A model generated the notes under the pieces. The model ran no database searches. It saw nothing but the letters and a program-made list of their open reading frames with translations, and had not been told where the DNA came from. A stretch of DNA of 64,000 bases, taken from the NCBI GenBank assembly GCA_963765205.1, contig CAVXVB010000009.1:864001-928000 (forward strand), read 5' to 3'. A program made the translations under genes and the position numbers. Each line of letters starts with the position of its first letter. Position 1 is the stretch's first letter. Of the stretch, positions 1-10,014 are shown piece after piece. This DNA is from an uncultured Verrucomicrobiae bacterium. Lineage in GTDB: Bacteria; Verrucomicrobiota; Verrucomicrobiia; Opitutales; JABDGR01.

Positions 1-2
1 TG

Positions 3-455
3 CCGGTCACCCATGCCGGCGGCGCCACCGACCTGCCCAGCGTTTCCGGCGGCTCCTTGAGCAACATTACCAGCGGAGACAGCCTCTTCGACTCCGGCTC
101 CATGCCCACCAGCCATCCCCGCAGCGGCGCCGCCGTCGCCCCGAACTTTATCACTACCGGCGGCACCATTCCTTATAATCCCACCCGCGGCACGTCACCA
201 TCCTCGTCGGTTCCACTCGGCGCCTCCAGCAACGGTGGCCCGGCCCCCAATGATTCGACCGACGGTTTCTCCGTCCCCTTGCAACATTCCGCATCCGCGC
301 AAAGCTCGAACAAACCCCAAAATATCATGCCGACGGGAGGCCTTATTCCCAGTGGCACCTATGAGCCAACCTCACCCAGCGGCAAAGAACTTCCCATCCA
401 GGTGGATCAAGGGGAAGTCATCGTGCGTGGCGCCACGCCAGCGCCGCAACAATAG
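3..455 (+). CDS. C-terminal part of a Pro/Ser/Thr/Gly-rich hypothetical protein (starts before the window)
   Basis: Frame is open from position 3 to TAG at 453-455; low-complexity P/S/T/G composition. Confidence 0.55.
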   Translation, partial: PVTHAGGATDLPSVSGGSLSNITSGDSLFDSGSMPTSHPRSGAAVAPNFITTGGTIPYNPTRGTSPSSSVPLGASSNGGPAPNDSTDGFSVPLQHSASAQSSNKPQNIMPTGGLIPSGTYEPTSPSGKELPIQVDQGEVIVRGATPAPQQ

Positions 456-712
456 GGAAGCCGGGGCCTTTCCATACATCAGTCTGGTGGGGAGGGAGAG
501 GAGTAAATGGCAAAATTATGGGTCCTCCGCCCTAAAAACAACAGTTGCCCCGAGGGGAAACATAATTAGACATAATGTTTATTGTGCGAAAATAGCCTTT
601 GGGGGCAACGGGAGTTGCGATGTTTTGCGTCGGCCCGTTGGGGGATCGAATTCCGAAACACGATTATCCTCATATAGGTCGGGTCTAGCGCCTTTCACGG
701 ACCCACACTCGG

Positions 713-2950
713 CTATCTTTCTTCGAGAATGCTTAATTCCGCGTTGGCGGTGCGCAATCGTTTCGAGATGGCAAAGGCCAGTTGTTCAAAAACCCGGTTG
801 CCCAGCACGGGGTTGGATTTCAGGAGTGCATCAAAGTGGGCGCGAGAGAGGACATAAAGGTCGGCCGCCGTCTCGGCCTCCAGATCGGCCGAACGCGGTT
901 CGCGGTCGAGAAAGGCCATTTCGCCAAAAAAGTCGCCCCGGCAAAAAGTTGCGATATGATGGCGCCGGCCGCCGGCGAGCGGCAGCAGGGCAAGAATGCG
1001 CCCGCGCCGGACAAAGAATATTTCGTCGCCCGGATCGCCGCGGGAACAGAGGCGGCCCGCCGCCGGCACGGAAACCTCATGGATGATCCCGGCCAGATTC
1101 TGCAGGGTCGCCGCATCGAATTTGGCAAAAATCTCGATTTCACCGAGACCTAGTGGAGCCGCCTCCTCCTGCGGTTGCCACCCGGCGTCGGCCAGGATTT
1201 TGTCCTCCATCCATTCGAGCGCGCTGTCGCGGGTGTCAAACACGCGGATGCCGTGGCCGCTGCGCACCAAGCCGAGCTGGGCCAGGTAAATCTCGGTGTC
1301 CCGGCGGCTGGGCAGGCCGGAAGGCATGCCGCTAAAGAGCAGTTCCCCGCCCCGCTCCTCGAGGCGCATCTTCATCTGTTCAAGCAGGTGCGCCGCCGTG
1401 TAATCCATGGAGTGGATTTTGCGCAAATCAATGAGCAGGAACCGCACGGTGGCCAAATCGTGATCGAGTTCGGAAAAGAGCTGATCGGTTGTGCCAAAGA
1501 ACAAATCGCCTTGGAGCTGCACCAGCTCCCCCTCTTGTCCGTGCTGGGCGAGAAGTTCGGCTTCGGCCCCAAGTCGGCGGCGTTTCGAATGCATGGCGCG
1601 CAAATCGAGCTTGCGGATAATCACCGAGCTGCGAATTTGTCCCCGAATGAAGAGCAGGATGGCGAAACAGATGCCGGCGGCGGACGCGGCAATCAAATCA
1701 TATTGCGCCACGAGGACGACGGTCAGTATCACCGCAAAATCCACCCGGGTCGAGGGTTGCCGGGCCAGGTGGAACACGCCGCGGTCAAACATTCGCCACG
1801 CCACGGCCAGCAGCACGCCGGCGAGTGCGGCGATGGGTACCCAGGCAATCAGCTTGCTAAACAGGAGAAAGGTGCCCACCAAGAGCAAACCTTCAGTCAC
1901 CCCCGACCACAAGGAACGGCCGCCACTGGTGAAATTGACGAGGGTCGGGCCCATCGTGCCCGAGCCTGGCATGCCGCCCATCAGAAAGGAGGTGGCGTTG
2001 GCCGCGCCCTGGGCGAGTAGTTCGCGGTTCGAATTGTGCCGGCGCCGGGTGAGGGCGTCGAGCACCACCCCGGTTTTGAGCGTATCAATGGAGAGCAGCA
2101 AGGACAGCGTTACCGCTGAAATGAAGATCAGGCTGAGATCCGCCGTCCCGACGTGAAACAGGGAAGTGGCCCGATCGTGAATCGCTCCGAAGAGCGAACC
2201 GGAGGCTTCGATCGGCCCGATCACCAGGGAGTTGCCCGTCACTTGCAGTAAATGGGGAATAAACAGCGCCAGGACAAAATAGACCGCAATCCCGGCGAAC
2301 AAGCCGAGAATCGCCGCCGGAATCCGTTTTGTGAACCGTGGGGCGGAGACCATGACGCTAATGGTCACGAGACCAACGATAATCCCCGGCCACTGCCACA
2401 ATTGCGGCGAGATTAGCCCGCGGCCCAGTGCAACGCCCTTCGGTAATCCGAGTAGTTTCGGCAATTGACCCAAGGCGATAATCACTGCCACACCGGAAAG
2501 ATAGCCGGTGACCACTTGATACGGGATATACTTGATGAGGCGGCCGGCACGCACCGCCCCATAAAGCAGTTGGAAAAGCGCCGCCAGCAAGGCCGTCAAT
2601 CCCAGCAAGGCGGTGACGCGTCCGGCATCCAAGTCGCCACTGGCGCTGAGCGTCGCCGCCAAGGCCGAGAGGACGGCGGCGGCTGGCGCGCACGGCGCGG
2701 AAATAAAACCGCCATTGCGGCCCACTAGCGGAGCCACAATGCCGAGCGCCGCTGCGCCGAAGATGCCCGCCCGTGCGCCTTCTGCGGCCAGACCCGGGTC
2801 AATCGATGTGTAGACCAGCACGCCAAACGCGATGGAGGAAGGCAGCGCGACCAGCATCGCCGCCAGCCCGCCCCAGAGGTCACCGGGGAAACTGCTGGCA
2901 CCCATCGGGGCCCGCCCGGTGGGTTTCTGATTGGTCGTTGGGTTGCTCAT
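713..2950 (-). CDS. SulP/SLC26-family anion transporter with STAS and C-terminal cyclic-nucleotide-binding domains
   Basis: GDLWGGLAAMLVALPSSIAFG start, NRELLAQGAAN motif, STAS (GDLFFGTTDQL, IDLRKIHSMDYTA), cNMP signature GDFFGEMAFLDREPRSA. Confidence 0.92.
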   Translation of the reverse strand: MSNPTTNQKPTGRAPMGASSFPGDLWGGLAAMLVALPSSIAFGVLVYTSIDPGLAAEGARAGIFGAAALGIVAPLVGRNGGFISAPCAPAAAVLSALAATLSASGDLDAGRVTALLGLTALLAALFQLLYGAVRAGRLIKYIPYQVVTGYLSGVAVIIALGQLPKLLGLPKGVALGRGLISPQLWQWPGIIVGLVTISVMVSAPRFTKRIPAAILGLFAGIAVYFVLALFIPHLLQVTGNSLVIGPIEASGSLFGAIHDRATSLFHVGTADLSLIFISAVTLSLLLSIDTLKTGVVLDALTRRRHNSNRELLAQGAANATSFLMGGMPGSGTMGPTLVNFTSGGRSLWSGVTEGLLLVGTFLLFSKLIAWVPIAALAGVLLAVAWRMFDRGVFHLARQPSTRVDFAVILTVVLVAQYDLIAASAAGICFAILLFIRGQIRSSVIIRKLDLRAMHSKRRRLGAEAELLAQHGQEGELVQLQGDLFFGTTDQLFSELDHDLATVRFLLIDLRKIHSMDYTAAHLLEQMKMRLEERGGELLFSGMPSGLPSRRDTEIYLAQLGLVRSGHGIRVFDTRDSALEWMEDKILADAGWQPQEEAAPLGLGEIEIFAKFDAATLQNLAGIIHEVSVPAAGRLCSRGDPGDEIFFVRRGRILALLPLAGGRRHHIATFCRGDFFGEMAFLDREPRSADLEAETAADLYVLSRAHFDALLKSNPVLGNRVFEQLAFAISKRLRTANAELSILEER

Positions 2951-3176
2951 GGAATTTTTACCTGGATGGGGTTGACCTTTTCTATCGGGGTCGTAATGAC
3001 GGTCTTAAGCGAGCTGTTCCAGCTGCGCCTAGGAACGAGACTGGCCCGGCCCTGGCCCGCTCGCAATCCATCAATGTCTAGGGAAAATCCTTAGCGAGAA
3101 TTAGCCGCAATAGCAGTAGCTCAAAGGCCGCTAAACGATTAATAGTAACCAGCGCGGCACGCTTCCGCAAATAGCC

Positions 3177-4577
3177 ATGAACTTCGCATTAATCGGCTCC
3201 TCCGGGTCAGGCAAGGGCACTCAGCTCGCGCGCCTGACGCAGCAATTTGGCTTGGCGCCGCTCAATGTCGGCGGCATCCTGCGCGAAAACCTGGCCACTA
3301 GGACTGCCTTGGGTATGCTGGCCCGGAAATACATGAACCAAGGCGAACTGGTGCCCGACGAAGTGGTGGACGCCATGGTCGAGGCTTGGCTCGCGGGGAT
3401 TGGCCCGCGGCAGGGAATAATTTTGGACGGGTTTCCGCGCACGGTCTATCAAGCCCGATTTCTTGACGAATTATTCGCCGGGATGAAGCGCACCCTCGAC
3501 GCCGTCATTTACCTCAAGATCCACCCGGATACGGCGCTCCGGCGGCTCACCGGAAGATATTTCTGCCTACGCTGCCATGCATCCTATCACATGGAATATC
3601 TTCCTCCCGCGCAAGCGGGGGTGTGCGACCGTTGTGGAGGCAAACTTGACCGCCGCCCCGATGACAATCCGGCCTTCGCTCAAATGCGCTTGCGGGCCTT
3701 TCAGCGCACCACCGGCCCGCTGCTCGATTATTATCATTCCTCGAATCGTCTGGCGGTGGTGGAGGCGGAGGCCGCCGCCGAGGTGGTTTTCGAGAACATA
3801 CGCCAAGCGATAGAGTCCCTCACACGGCGCGAACCGCTGGCAGTGGCCGTGGTTTCCACGGCCTTAATGCAATTGCCCAAATCGGCGCAGATAACGACCG
3901 CCCCACGTCCGATTCCCAAGGGCGGAGGATTCGTGCTCGTCGGCGGGCCGGGCAGCGGCAAAGGCACCCAAGCCGAGCAACTCTGCGACCAACTCCACCT
4001 CCCGCATATCGCCACCGGCGATCTTTTTCGCGACAACCTCAAACGCCAGACCGAGTTGGGCAACCTCGCCAAGACCTACATGGATCGCGGTGAATTGGTG
4101 CCCGACGAGGTCACGGACGCGATGGTGCAGGCCCGGTTGGGACAACCGGACACCGCGGCCGGCTTCGTCCTCGACGGCTTTCCTAGGACGATGCATCAAG
4201 CCGAGGCGCTCACGGACATGCTCGAACACCTCGGGCGTCATCTTGCCGGCGTCATTTATATCAATGTTTCCGACGACGAAATCGTAAAACGGCTCTCGGG
4301 GCGGCTGGTCTGCCGCAATTGCCAGACGCCCTACCACACACTCTTCAAACCGCCGGCGCAGCCCGGAATTTGCGACCATTGCGGCGGCCCGCTCTATCAG
4401 CGCGACGACGACAACCCCACAACCGTCCGCGCGCGGCTAAAAACTTTTCACGGCCAAACCGGCCCGCTCATCGAGTATTACCAAAAGGCCGGCGTGGTCG
4501 CCGAAATCGCCGGAGAAGGGCAGGTCGCCCAAGTCACCGCGCGCACGCTGGACGCCGCCAAAAAGCTCGCGGCTTAA
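3177..4577 (+). CDS. adk: Tandem (two-domain) adenylate kinase fusion, both domains with Zn-binding LID
   Basis: Two P-loops (GSSGSGKGTQ, GGPGSGKGTQ), two GELVPD and LDGFPRT motifs, two CxxC...CxxC LIDs. Confidence 0.92.
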   Translation: MNFALIGSSGSGKGTQLARLTQQFGLAPLNVGGILRENLATRTALGMLARKYMNQGELVPDEVVDAMVEAWLAGIGPRQGIILDGFPRTVYQARFLDELFAGMKRTLDAVIYLKIHPDTALRRLTGRYFCLRCHASYHMEYLPPAQAGVCDRCGGKLDRRPDDNPAFAQMRLRAFQRTTGPLLDYYHSSNRLAVVEAEAAAEVVFENIRQAIESLTRREPLAVAVVSTALMQLPKSAQITTAPRPIPKGGGFVLVGGPGSGKGTQAEQLCDQLHLPHIATGDLFRDNLKRQTELGNLAKTYMDRGELVPDEVTDAMVQARLGQPDTAAGFVLDGFPRTMHQAEALTDMLEHLGRHLAGVIYINVSDDEIVKRLSGRLVCRNCQTPYHTLFKPPAQPGICDHCGGPLYQRDDDNPTTVRARLKTFHGQTGPLIEYYQKAGVVAEIAGEGQVAQVTARTLDAAKKLAA

Positions 4578-4604
4578 CCGCGCCCACCCCAAAATCCATT
4601 TGCC

Positions 4605-6109
4605 ATGTTTGAATCCGCCAATCTCGACCACCGCGTGGACAAAGCGGTGTATAAGCGCGAAGTGCCGAAGCTGCGCGAGGCACTCCTCAATGCGCAATAC
4701 GACCTGAAGGAAAGTGGCCGCTTTCCCGTCTTGATCCTCATTGCCGGCGTGGAGGGCGCCGGCAAGGGCGAGACCGTCAATCTGCTCAATGAATGGATGG
4801 ACCCGCGCTACATCAGCACCCAGGCTTTTTTTGAGCCGTCGGATGAAGAGCGCGAGCGGCCCGCCCTCTGGCGCTTTTGGCGCGCGCTGCCGCCGAAGGG
4901 CAAACTCGGCGTCTTTTTCGGGGCTTGGCACACCATGCCCGTCATCCAGCGCGTGCAAGGCGATATCACCGAGGGCGAGTTTGCACAGCAAATTGGCGAA
5001 ATTGTGCGCCTGGAAAAAATGCTGTGCGACGAGGGCGTCCTGCTGCTCAAATACTGGTTTCACCTCTCGAAGCCGCAGCAAAAACGCCGCCTAAAACAAC
5101 TGGAAAAGGATTCCGCCACGCGCTGGCGCGTCACCGAGCGCGAATGGGAATATTTCAAGGCTTATAAAAAGTTCATCCGCGTGTGCGAACCGTTTTTGCG
5201 CAAGACCTCGACGGGCGAAGCGCCCTGGATCGTCGTCCCGGCTGCGGATCCGCGTTACCGCGCCCTGACCGTGGGCCGCCACCTGCTGACCGCCCTGCGC
5301 GAGCGTCTTAAAGACCAGCCGGCCAAAGTCCCAGCGGTCAGCACGCCGCCGCTGGCGCTGCCTGCGGACAACCTGAACGTGCTGCGCGCGCTGAAGCTCA
5401 ACCAGCCGCTGACCAAGGACGCATACAAGGCGGAACTGGAGAAATGGCAGGGCCGCCTCAATGCCGCAGCGCGCGATCCCCGTTTCCGATCCCTTTCCGT
5501 GGTCACGGTGTTTGAAGGCAATGACGCTGCCGGCAAGGGCGGCGCCATCCGTCGCGTGACCAGCGCGCTCGACGCGCGGTCCTACCACAATATTTCGGTC
5601 GCCGCGCCCACCGAGGAGGAGCGCGCGCAACCCTACCTCTGGCGTTTCTGGCGGCATCTGCCGCGGCGCGGTCGTTTTGCCTTTTTCGACCGCTCGTGGT
5701 ATGGTCGCGTGCTGGTGGAACGCGTCGAAGGGTTTTGTAGCGAGGCCGACTGGCACCGCGCCTACGTCGAAATCAACGACTTCGAACAGGCCATGGTGCG
5801 CCACAACATCATTGTGGTTAAATTTTGGCTCGCCATCAGCAAGGAGGAGCAGCTCAAGCGCTTCCAATTGCGCGAGAAAACCGCCTTCAAGCGCTTCAAA
5901 ATCACTGCGGAGGACTGGCGCAACCGCAAGCAATGGGGCGCCTATGAGCTTGCCGTCTGCGACATGGTGGACCGCACCTCAACGTCCATCGCGCCGTGGA
6001 CGCTGGTTGAGGCCAATAATAAATATCACGCCCGCATCAAGGTGTTGAAGACCCTCTGCCAGGCCGTGGAAGCGGCGCTCGAAAACGTCAAGCCGGCCAA
6101 AAAAAGTAG
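4605..6109 (+). CDS. pap: Polyphosphate:AMP phosphotransferase (class II, two-domain PPK2); true stop probably TAG 6107-6109 after a 1-nt slip in an A7 run
   Basis: Two PPK2 domains (GVEGAGKG; EGNDAAGKGG, DRSWYGRVLVERV). The ORF-track extension to 6467 is antisense to the MFS gene. Confidence 0.9.
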
Positions 6110-6175
6110 TACTGCGGAAAATCCGTGCGATTCCTCCGCGCCGGGATGCAAGTTCACGTCTTGGTTGAGCGCCGC

Positions 6176-7405
6176 TTATTCTTCGAGAAAATCCAGGGAG
6201 CGCCCGAAGGTTTCGCGGGACAGGGCGACGGCGACGATGGCGATGAGCACGCAGGCGCAGCCCACCACCGCCGCGCCGTCAATAATCCCGAGCCGGTCGC
6301 GCGCGAACGCAAAGGCCCACGAAATTGGGATCAGCGCCCCGCGCACCAAGTTCGGCACCGCCGTCGTCACCGTGGCGCGGAGGTTGGTGCCGAATTGCTC
6401 CGCGGCATTGGTCACCATCAGCGCCCAAAAACCGATGCCAATGCCGAGAAAGAGGCACCGCTCGTAATACCCGGTCAAATTCGCAGGCGTCCAATAGAGA
6501 TAAATGAGCGTGCTCATCAAACCGAGCAGATGAAAGATGATCAGGGCCGCGCGGCGGCGGCGAATGACCTGGCTCAAGCCGTTGCAGAGCAACCCGCCAA
6601 CCGTCAGCCCCGTGTAGGCGAGGGTTATGGCCGTGCCGGCCACCGGCACGGGATTCAGGTTCATCGCCTTCCCGAACTCCGGCGCGTAAGTGATAAGAAT
6701 GCCGATCACCAAATAAGCCGGCAGCCCGGCGAGGATGCACAACAGAAAGCGGTAAACGCGCGTCGGCGAACGAAACAGCAGCGGCAGGCTGCCGCGCACA
6801 ATGTTGGCCTGGCGCACGGAGTCGTAAAGGCCGGATTCATACAGGCCGACGCGCAGCAGGAGCAACAACAGCCCCATGCCCCCGCCAATCATATAGGCCG
6901 TGTGCCAATTGAACGCCTGGCCCACCCACGCCGCGAAAATTGCCCCCGGCACCCCCACCGTCGCGATCAGCATGGTGCCCAGCCCGCGCCGTTCGGCCGA
7001 CATGCATTCGCTGACCAACGTCACGCCCGCGCCCAATTCGCCGGCCAGGCCAAATCCAGCGACAAACCGCCACGCTTCATACGCTCCCACCGAATGGGCA
7101 AAACCGTTCGCCAGATTCGCCACGGAATATAAAATGATGGAGCCAAATAAAACGGAGAGCCGCCCGCGTTTGTCGCCCACCATGCCCCAAACAAACCCGC
7201 CCAGGAGGATTCCCGCCATCTGCCAGTTAAGCAGCCGCAACCCGACCGCCAAAGTGTCGGCATCCGCCACGCCCAAATCCAGCAGGCTCTGCTTTCGTAC
7301 GACGCTGAAGAGCAGCAAGTCAAACACGTCCACGAAATAGCCCAGCGCGGAGACGGTGATCAACAGCCCGAGGTGTTTTGACGATGGGGAGTTCTTGGCA
7401 ATCAC
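6176..7405 (-). CDS. MFS transporter
   Basis: Motif A (GMVGDKRGRL), RFVAGFGLAGE, ~12 hydrophobic segments. Confidence 0.9.
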   Translation of the reverse strand: MIAKNSPSSKHLGLLITVSALGYFVDVFDLLLFSVVRKQSLLDLGVADADTLAVGLRLLNWQMAGILLGGFVWGMVGDKRGRLSVLFGSIILYSVANLANGFAHSVGAYEAWRFVAGFGLAGELGAGVTLVSECMSAERRGLGTMLIATVGVPGAIFAAWVGQAFNWHTAYMIGGGMGLLLLLLRVGLYESGLYDSVRQANIVRGSLPLLFRSPTRVYRFLLCILAGLPAYLVIGILITYAPEFGKAMNLNPVPVAGTAITLAYTGLTVGGLLCNGLSQVIRRRRAALIIFHLLGLMSTLIYLYWTPANLTGYYERCLFLGIGIGFWALMVTNAAEQFGTNLRATVTTAVPNLVRGALIPISWAFAFARDRLGIIDGAAVVGCACVLIAIVAVALSRETFGRSLDFLEE

Positions 7406-7568
7406 AGCGGTTCAGACAGGCTGGAAATTTAAAAAAAAGCAAAACGTTATTTGCCCTTGGCCGGGGCGGGCAGAAAGACGGCGCAACCGGGGACGGGTGC
7501 GGCGACGGGCATGAGGTGGCCGGTTTGGGCGTTGACGCAAAAGGCCGAGCGGGCCTAAAACGGCCACG

Positions 7569-8054
7569 CTATTTCTTCTCGGCCTGCGCCCTGGCCCATT
7601 CGGCCTGCTGGTCGGCCCACCATTGGTTGAGCTTGACGGGGTCCACGCCCAAATTGGCAATATCCTTGCCGTAGAATTTGAGGGAGATTTCCTGAAGACA
7701 CTCGACCGCGTAATCGCGTTCCGGCGCGGAGTCGTGCGTGGCGGCGTTAATCAGGATGGGGACGGCGAAGGTGTTCCAACTGACGATTTGGTCCATCAGC
7801 GCGATTTGCTTATCTGAGGTCAGCGCGGGGTCGTCGAGCTGCGTGACGAGGGCGGAAAGTTCGCGGTCGGCCTTGGTCGGAAAGAGACCCCAATGGTAAT
7901 GCTGATCAAGGGCGAGGACATAGAGCATCGCCACATAAAGGAAAAAGGCCGCCAGCGCCGCCGGGGCCAGGTAGCGCCGCCAGGGCGGGGGCGTCGGCCC
8001 AGGCGTGGGGAGCGCAGGCGCGGGGGGGGCGGGAGGGGCGGCGATGGTTTCCAT
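7569..8054 (-). CDS. Hypothetical single-TM membrane protein with helical C-terminus
   Basis: Likely start METIAAPP; Pro-rich N-terminus, one TM helix, GC3-rich codon use. Confidence 0.6.
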   Translation of the reverse strand: METIAAPPAPPAPALPTPGPTPPPWRRYLAPAALAAFFLYVAMLYVLALDQHYHWGLFPTKADRELSALVTQLDDPALTSDKQIALMDQIVSWNTFAVPILINAATHDSAPERDYAVECLQEISLKFYGKDIANLGVDPVKLNQWWADQQAEWARAQAEKK

Positions 8055-8225
8055 TGTGAACAGCCTTTTAGATAAACCTATGCTTGGCCGTTTGTCAAAA
8101 GGAAGTGGAGGGAAAGTTGGCGAAAAACGCGCGCGCAAAGGCAACCATCCCGCACGGGGGCCAAAATTCTATAAACTCGGAACTGGCAACTTTGTTGCAC
8201 CCCTGCCACACTTTTCCCTTTTTCC

Positions 8226-9041
8226 ATGAACCCACATGATCATTTTTGGGAGCGCGTCCGCGCCGAGGCCGCGGCTGTGGCCCGGCGCGAGCCAGCCCTC
8301 GGGCCGTTGCTCGAGGAGGTCTTCGTGCGGCGCGGGTCGCTCGAGGAGGCGCTGAGCATCCGCCTGGCGCGCAAACTGGCCTACCACGCCACGCCGGAAA
8401 GCCAGCTCCTCGAAGTCTTCCATGAAATTTTCGCCGCGGGCCCGGACCTCAAGCTCCAGGTCCAGGCGGACATTCTGGCCATCAAGGAGCGCGACCCGGC
8501 CTGCCGCGATTTGCTCACGCCGATCTTGTATTTCAAGGGCTTTCACGCGCTGACGTGCCACCGCTTCGCCCACCATTTGTGGAACCACGGGCGCACCGAC
8601 CTCGCGCTGTATCTGCAAAGCCTCGTCTCCGAAGTCTTCGCCGTGGACATCCACCCGGCGGCGCGCATCGGCGGGGGCATTCTGCTCGACCACGCCACGG
8701 GCTTCGTCGCGGGCGAAACGTCCGCTATCGCCGACAACGTGTCCATCCTGCACGGGGTGACGCTCGGCGGCACGGGCAAGGAATGCGGCGACCGGCATCC
8801 GAAAATCCGCAGCGGCGTGCTGATCGGCGCGGGCGCGAAAATCCTGGGCAACATCGTGGTCGGCGAAGGCGCGAAAATCGGCGCCAACAGCGTCGTGCTG
8901 CACGACGTGCCCCCGCACGCGACCGTCGCCGGCGTCCCCGCGCGCATCGTCGGCCGCGCCGCCGAGGCCGAACCCGCCCGCGCCATGAAACACGACTTGG
9001 ACAATCTCGAGGAGTTCATCAACCACGGCGAGGGGATTTGA
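8226..9041 (+). CDS. cysE: Serine O-acetyltransferase
   Basis: ERDPAC, YFKGFHAL, DIHPAARIG, DHATG, VTLGGTGKE..DRHPKI and hexapeptide repeats. Confidence 0.96.
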   Translation: MNPHDHFWERVRAEAAAVARREPALGPLLEEVFVRRGSLEEALSIRLARKLAYHATPESQLLEVFHEIFAAGPDLKLQVQADILAIKERDPACRDLLTPILYFKGFHALTCHRFAHHLWNHGRTDLALYLQSLVSEVFAVDIHPAARIGGGILLDHATGFVAGETSAIADNVSILHGVTLGGTGKECGDRHPKIRSGVLIGAGAKILGNIVVGEGAKIGANSVVLHDVPPHATVAGVPARIVGRAAEAEPARAMKHDLDNLEEFINHGEGI

Positions 9042-9083
9042 AACCGCTATTATAGGTGTTGACGCATTTTGGGACATTGCTCG

Positions 9084-9118
9084 TTTCGTAGCGCTGAGCT
9101 TTAGCCAGCGCTACGAAA
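9084..9118. repeat. 13-bp perfect inverted repeat (TTTCGTAGCGCTG / CAGCGCTACGAAA)
   Basis: Arms at 9084-9096 and 9106-9118 read directly. Confidence 0.8.
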
Positions 9119-9317
9119 ATACCTCCGCAGCGCAAACGCGTATGTCATCCGGACTTCCGATGGCAAGGAACACCCCGTGCCCCATCCGGACTTTGCGCTG
9201 ATTGGAAACTACAACATCGTCGTGGAAGGCAAAAAGGGTGGCATCATCGTCATTGACCCTGATCATGTGGTGGCCATCCAATGGGTGAACAAGCGCCACC
9301 GCTCCAAAGCGGCGTGA
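9105..9317 (+). pseudogene. Start-less remnant of a small hypothetical protein (…LRKYLRSANAYVIRTSDGKEHPVPHPDFALI…)
   Basis: 71-codon frame between TAG 9102-9104 and TGA 9315-9317; DG...V.HPD motif resembles small conserved PVC hypothetical proteins (from memory). Confidence 0.45.
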
Positions 9318-9520
9318 GCACAGTGGGCTGCTCTTGCGACTCAGTGGCAACATGGAGCTTTTTGGATAAAGCACAAAATATGTCCAACGTAAAAAAAGTA
9401 CTGGAACTGTTTCGGGCAAAGGGAACTGTACAGCATGTCCTGACAGCAGCCGAGAAAGATTATCCGTGTTGGCAACGTGCCAATTATTCACGACGGTGAT
9501 ATATCAGCTGCTTTATAGCT

Positions 9521-9907
9521 TCATCTTGGGTTTTTTGACATAGACCTTTTGAGCACATCTCTTAGTATCTTTTGACTTTCCTCGTTATCATTAATTTCAC
9601 AACATACAGCAGCATGTCTAGCTGCTACTTCGGTTACTTTAAATTCTTTTTTCAATAGGCTTTCAACCACTCTCTTATGGCCAAAAAGACTGGCTACACA
9701 AAGTGCATCATTTAGTTCCTCTGGAGTGAAGGCAATTCCTAGCCCTAATAAACTCTTAACAATATCTAAATTTCCTTCTTCGCTCGCCCTGCGCATTGCA
9801 AATCGTACCTTTACCTTAAACCCGGGCTGTTCCTGATACTGGCCCATTAACTCATTTGCATAAATTCTTCCTATGATTTCAGTATATAGACCTTCGGGAG
9901 TTTGCAT
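9521..9907 (-). CDS. Ankyrin-repeat protein in an AT-rich patch
   Basis: Two ankyrin-like units (ASEEGNLDIVKSLL, ASLFGHKRVVESLL); visibly low GC. Confidence 0.7.
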   Translation of the reverse strand: MQTPEGLYTEIIGRIYANELMGQYQEQPGFKVKVRFAMRRASEEGNLDIVKSLLGLGIAFTPEELNDALCVASLFGHKRVVESLLKKEFKVTEVAARHAAVCCEINDNEESQKILRDVLKRSMSKNPR

Positions 9908-10014
9908 GGATGTATGGGGTTAAGGGCTGAGTGTTGAACGAGAAATGAAACGCAATTATTTAATCCCTGCACCTGAACTCCGGCAACTCCAAAAGAGCAA
10001 TTCCATTTATCAGT

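Noticed and set aside
6110..6467. 120-aa C-terminal extension of PAP in the ORF track
   Set aside because: Antisense to the MFS gene; removed by one extra A in the A7 run before TAG 6107
9084..9118. Hairpin as an integron attC site
   Set aside because: Lacks RYYYAAC/GTTRRRY ends; neither integrase is clearly IntI-like
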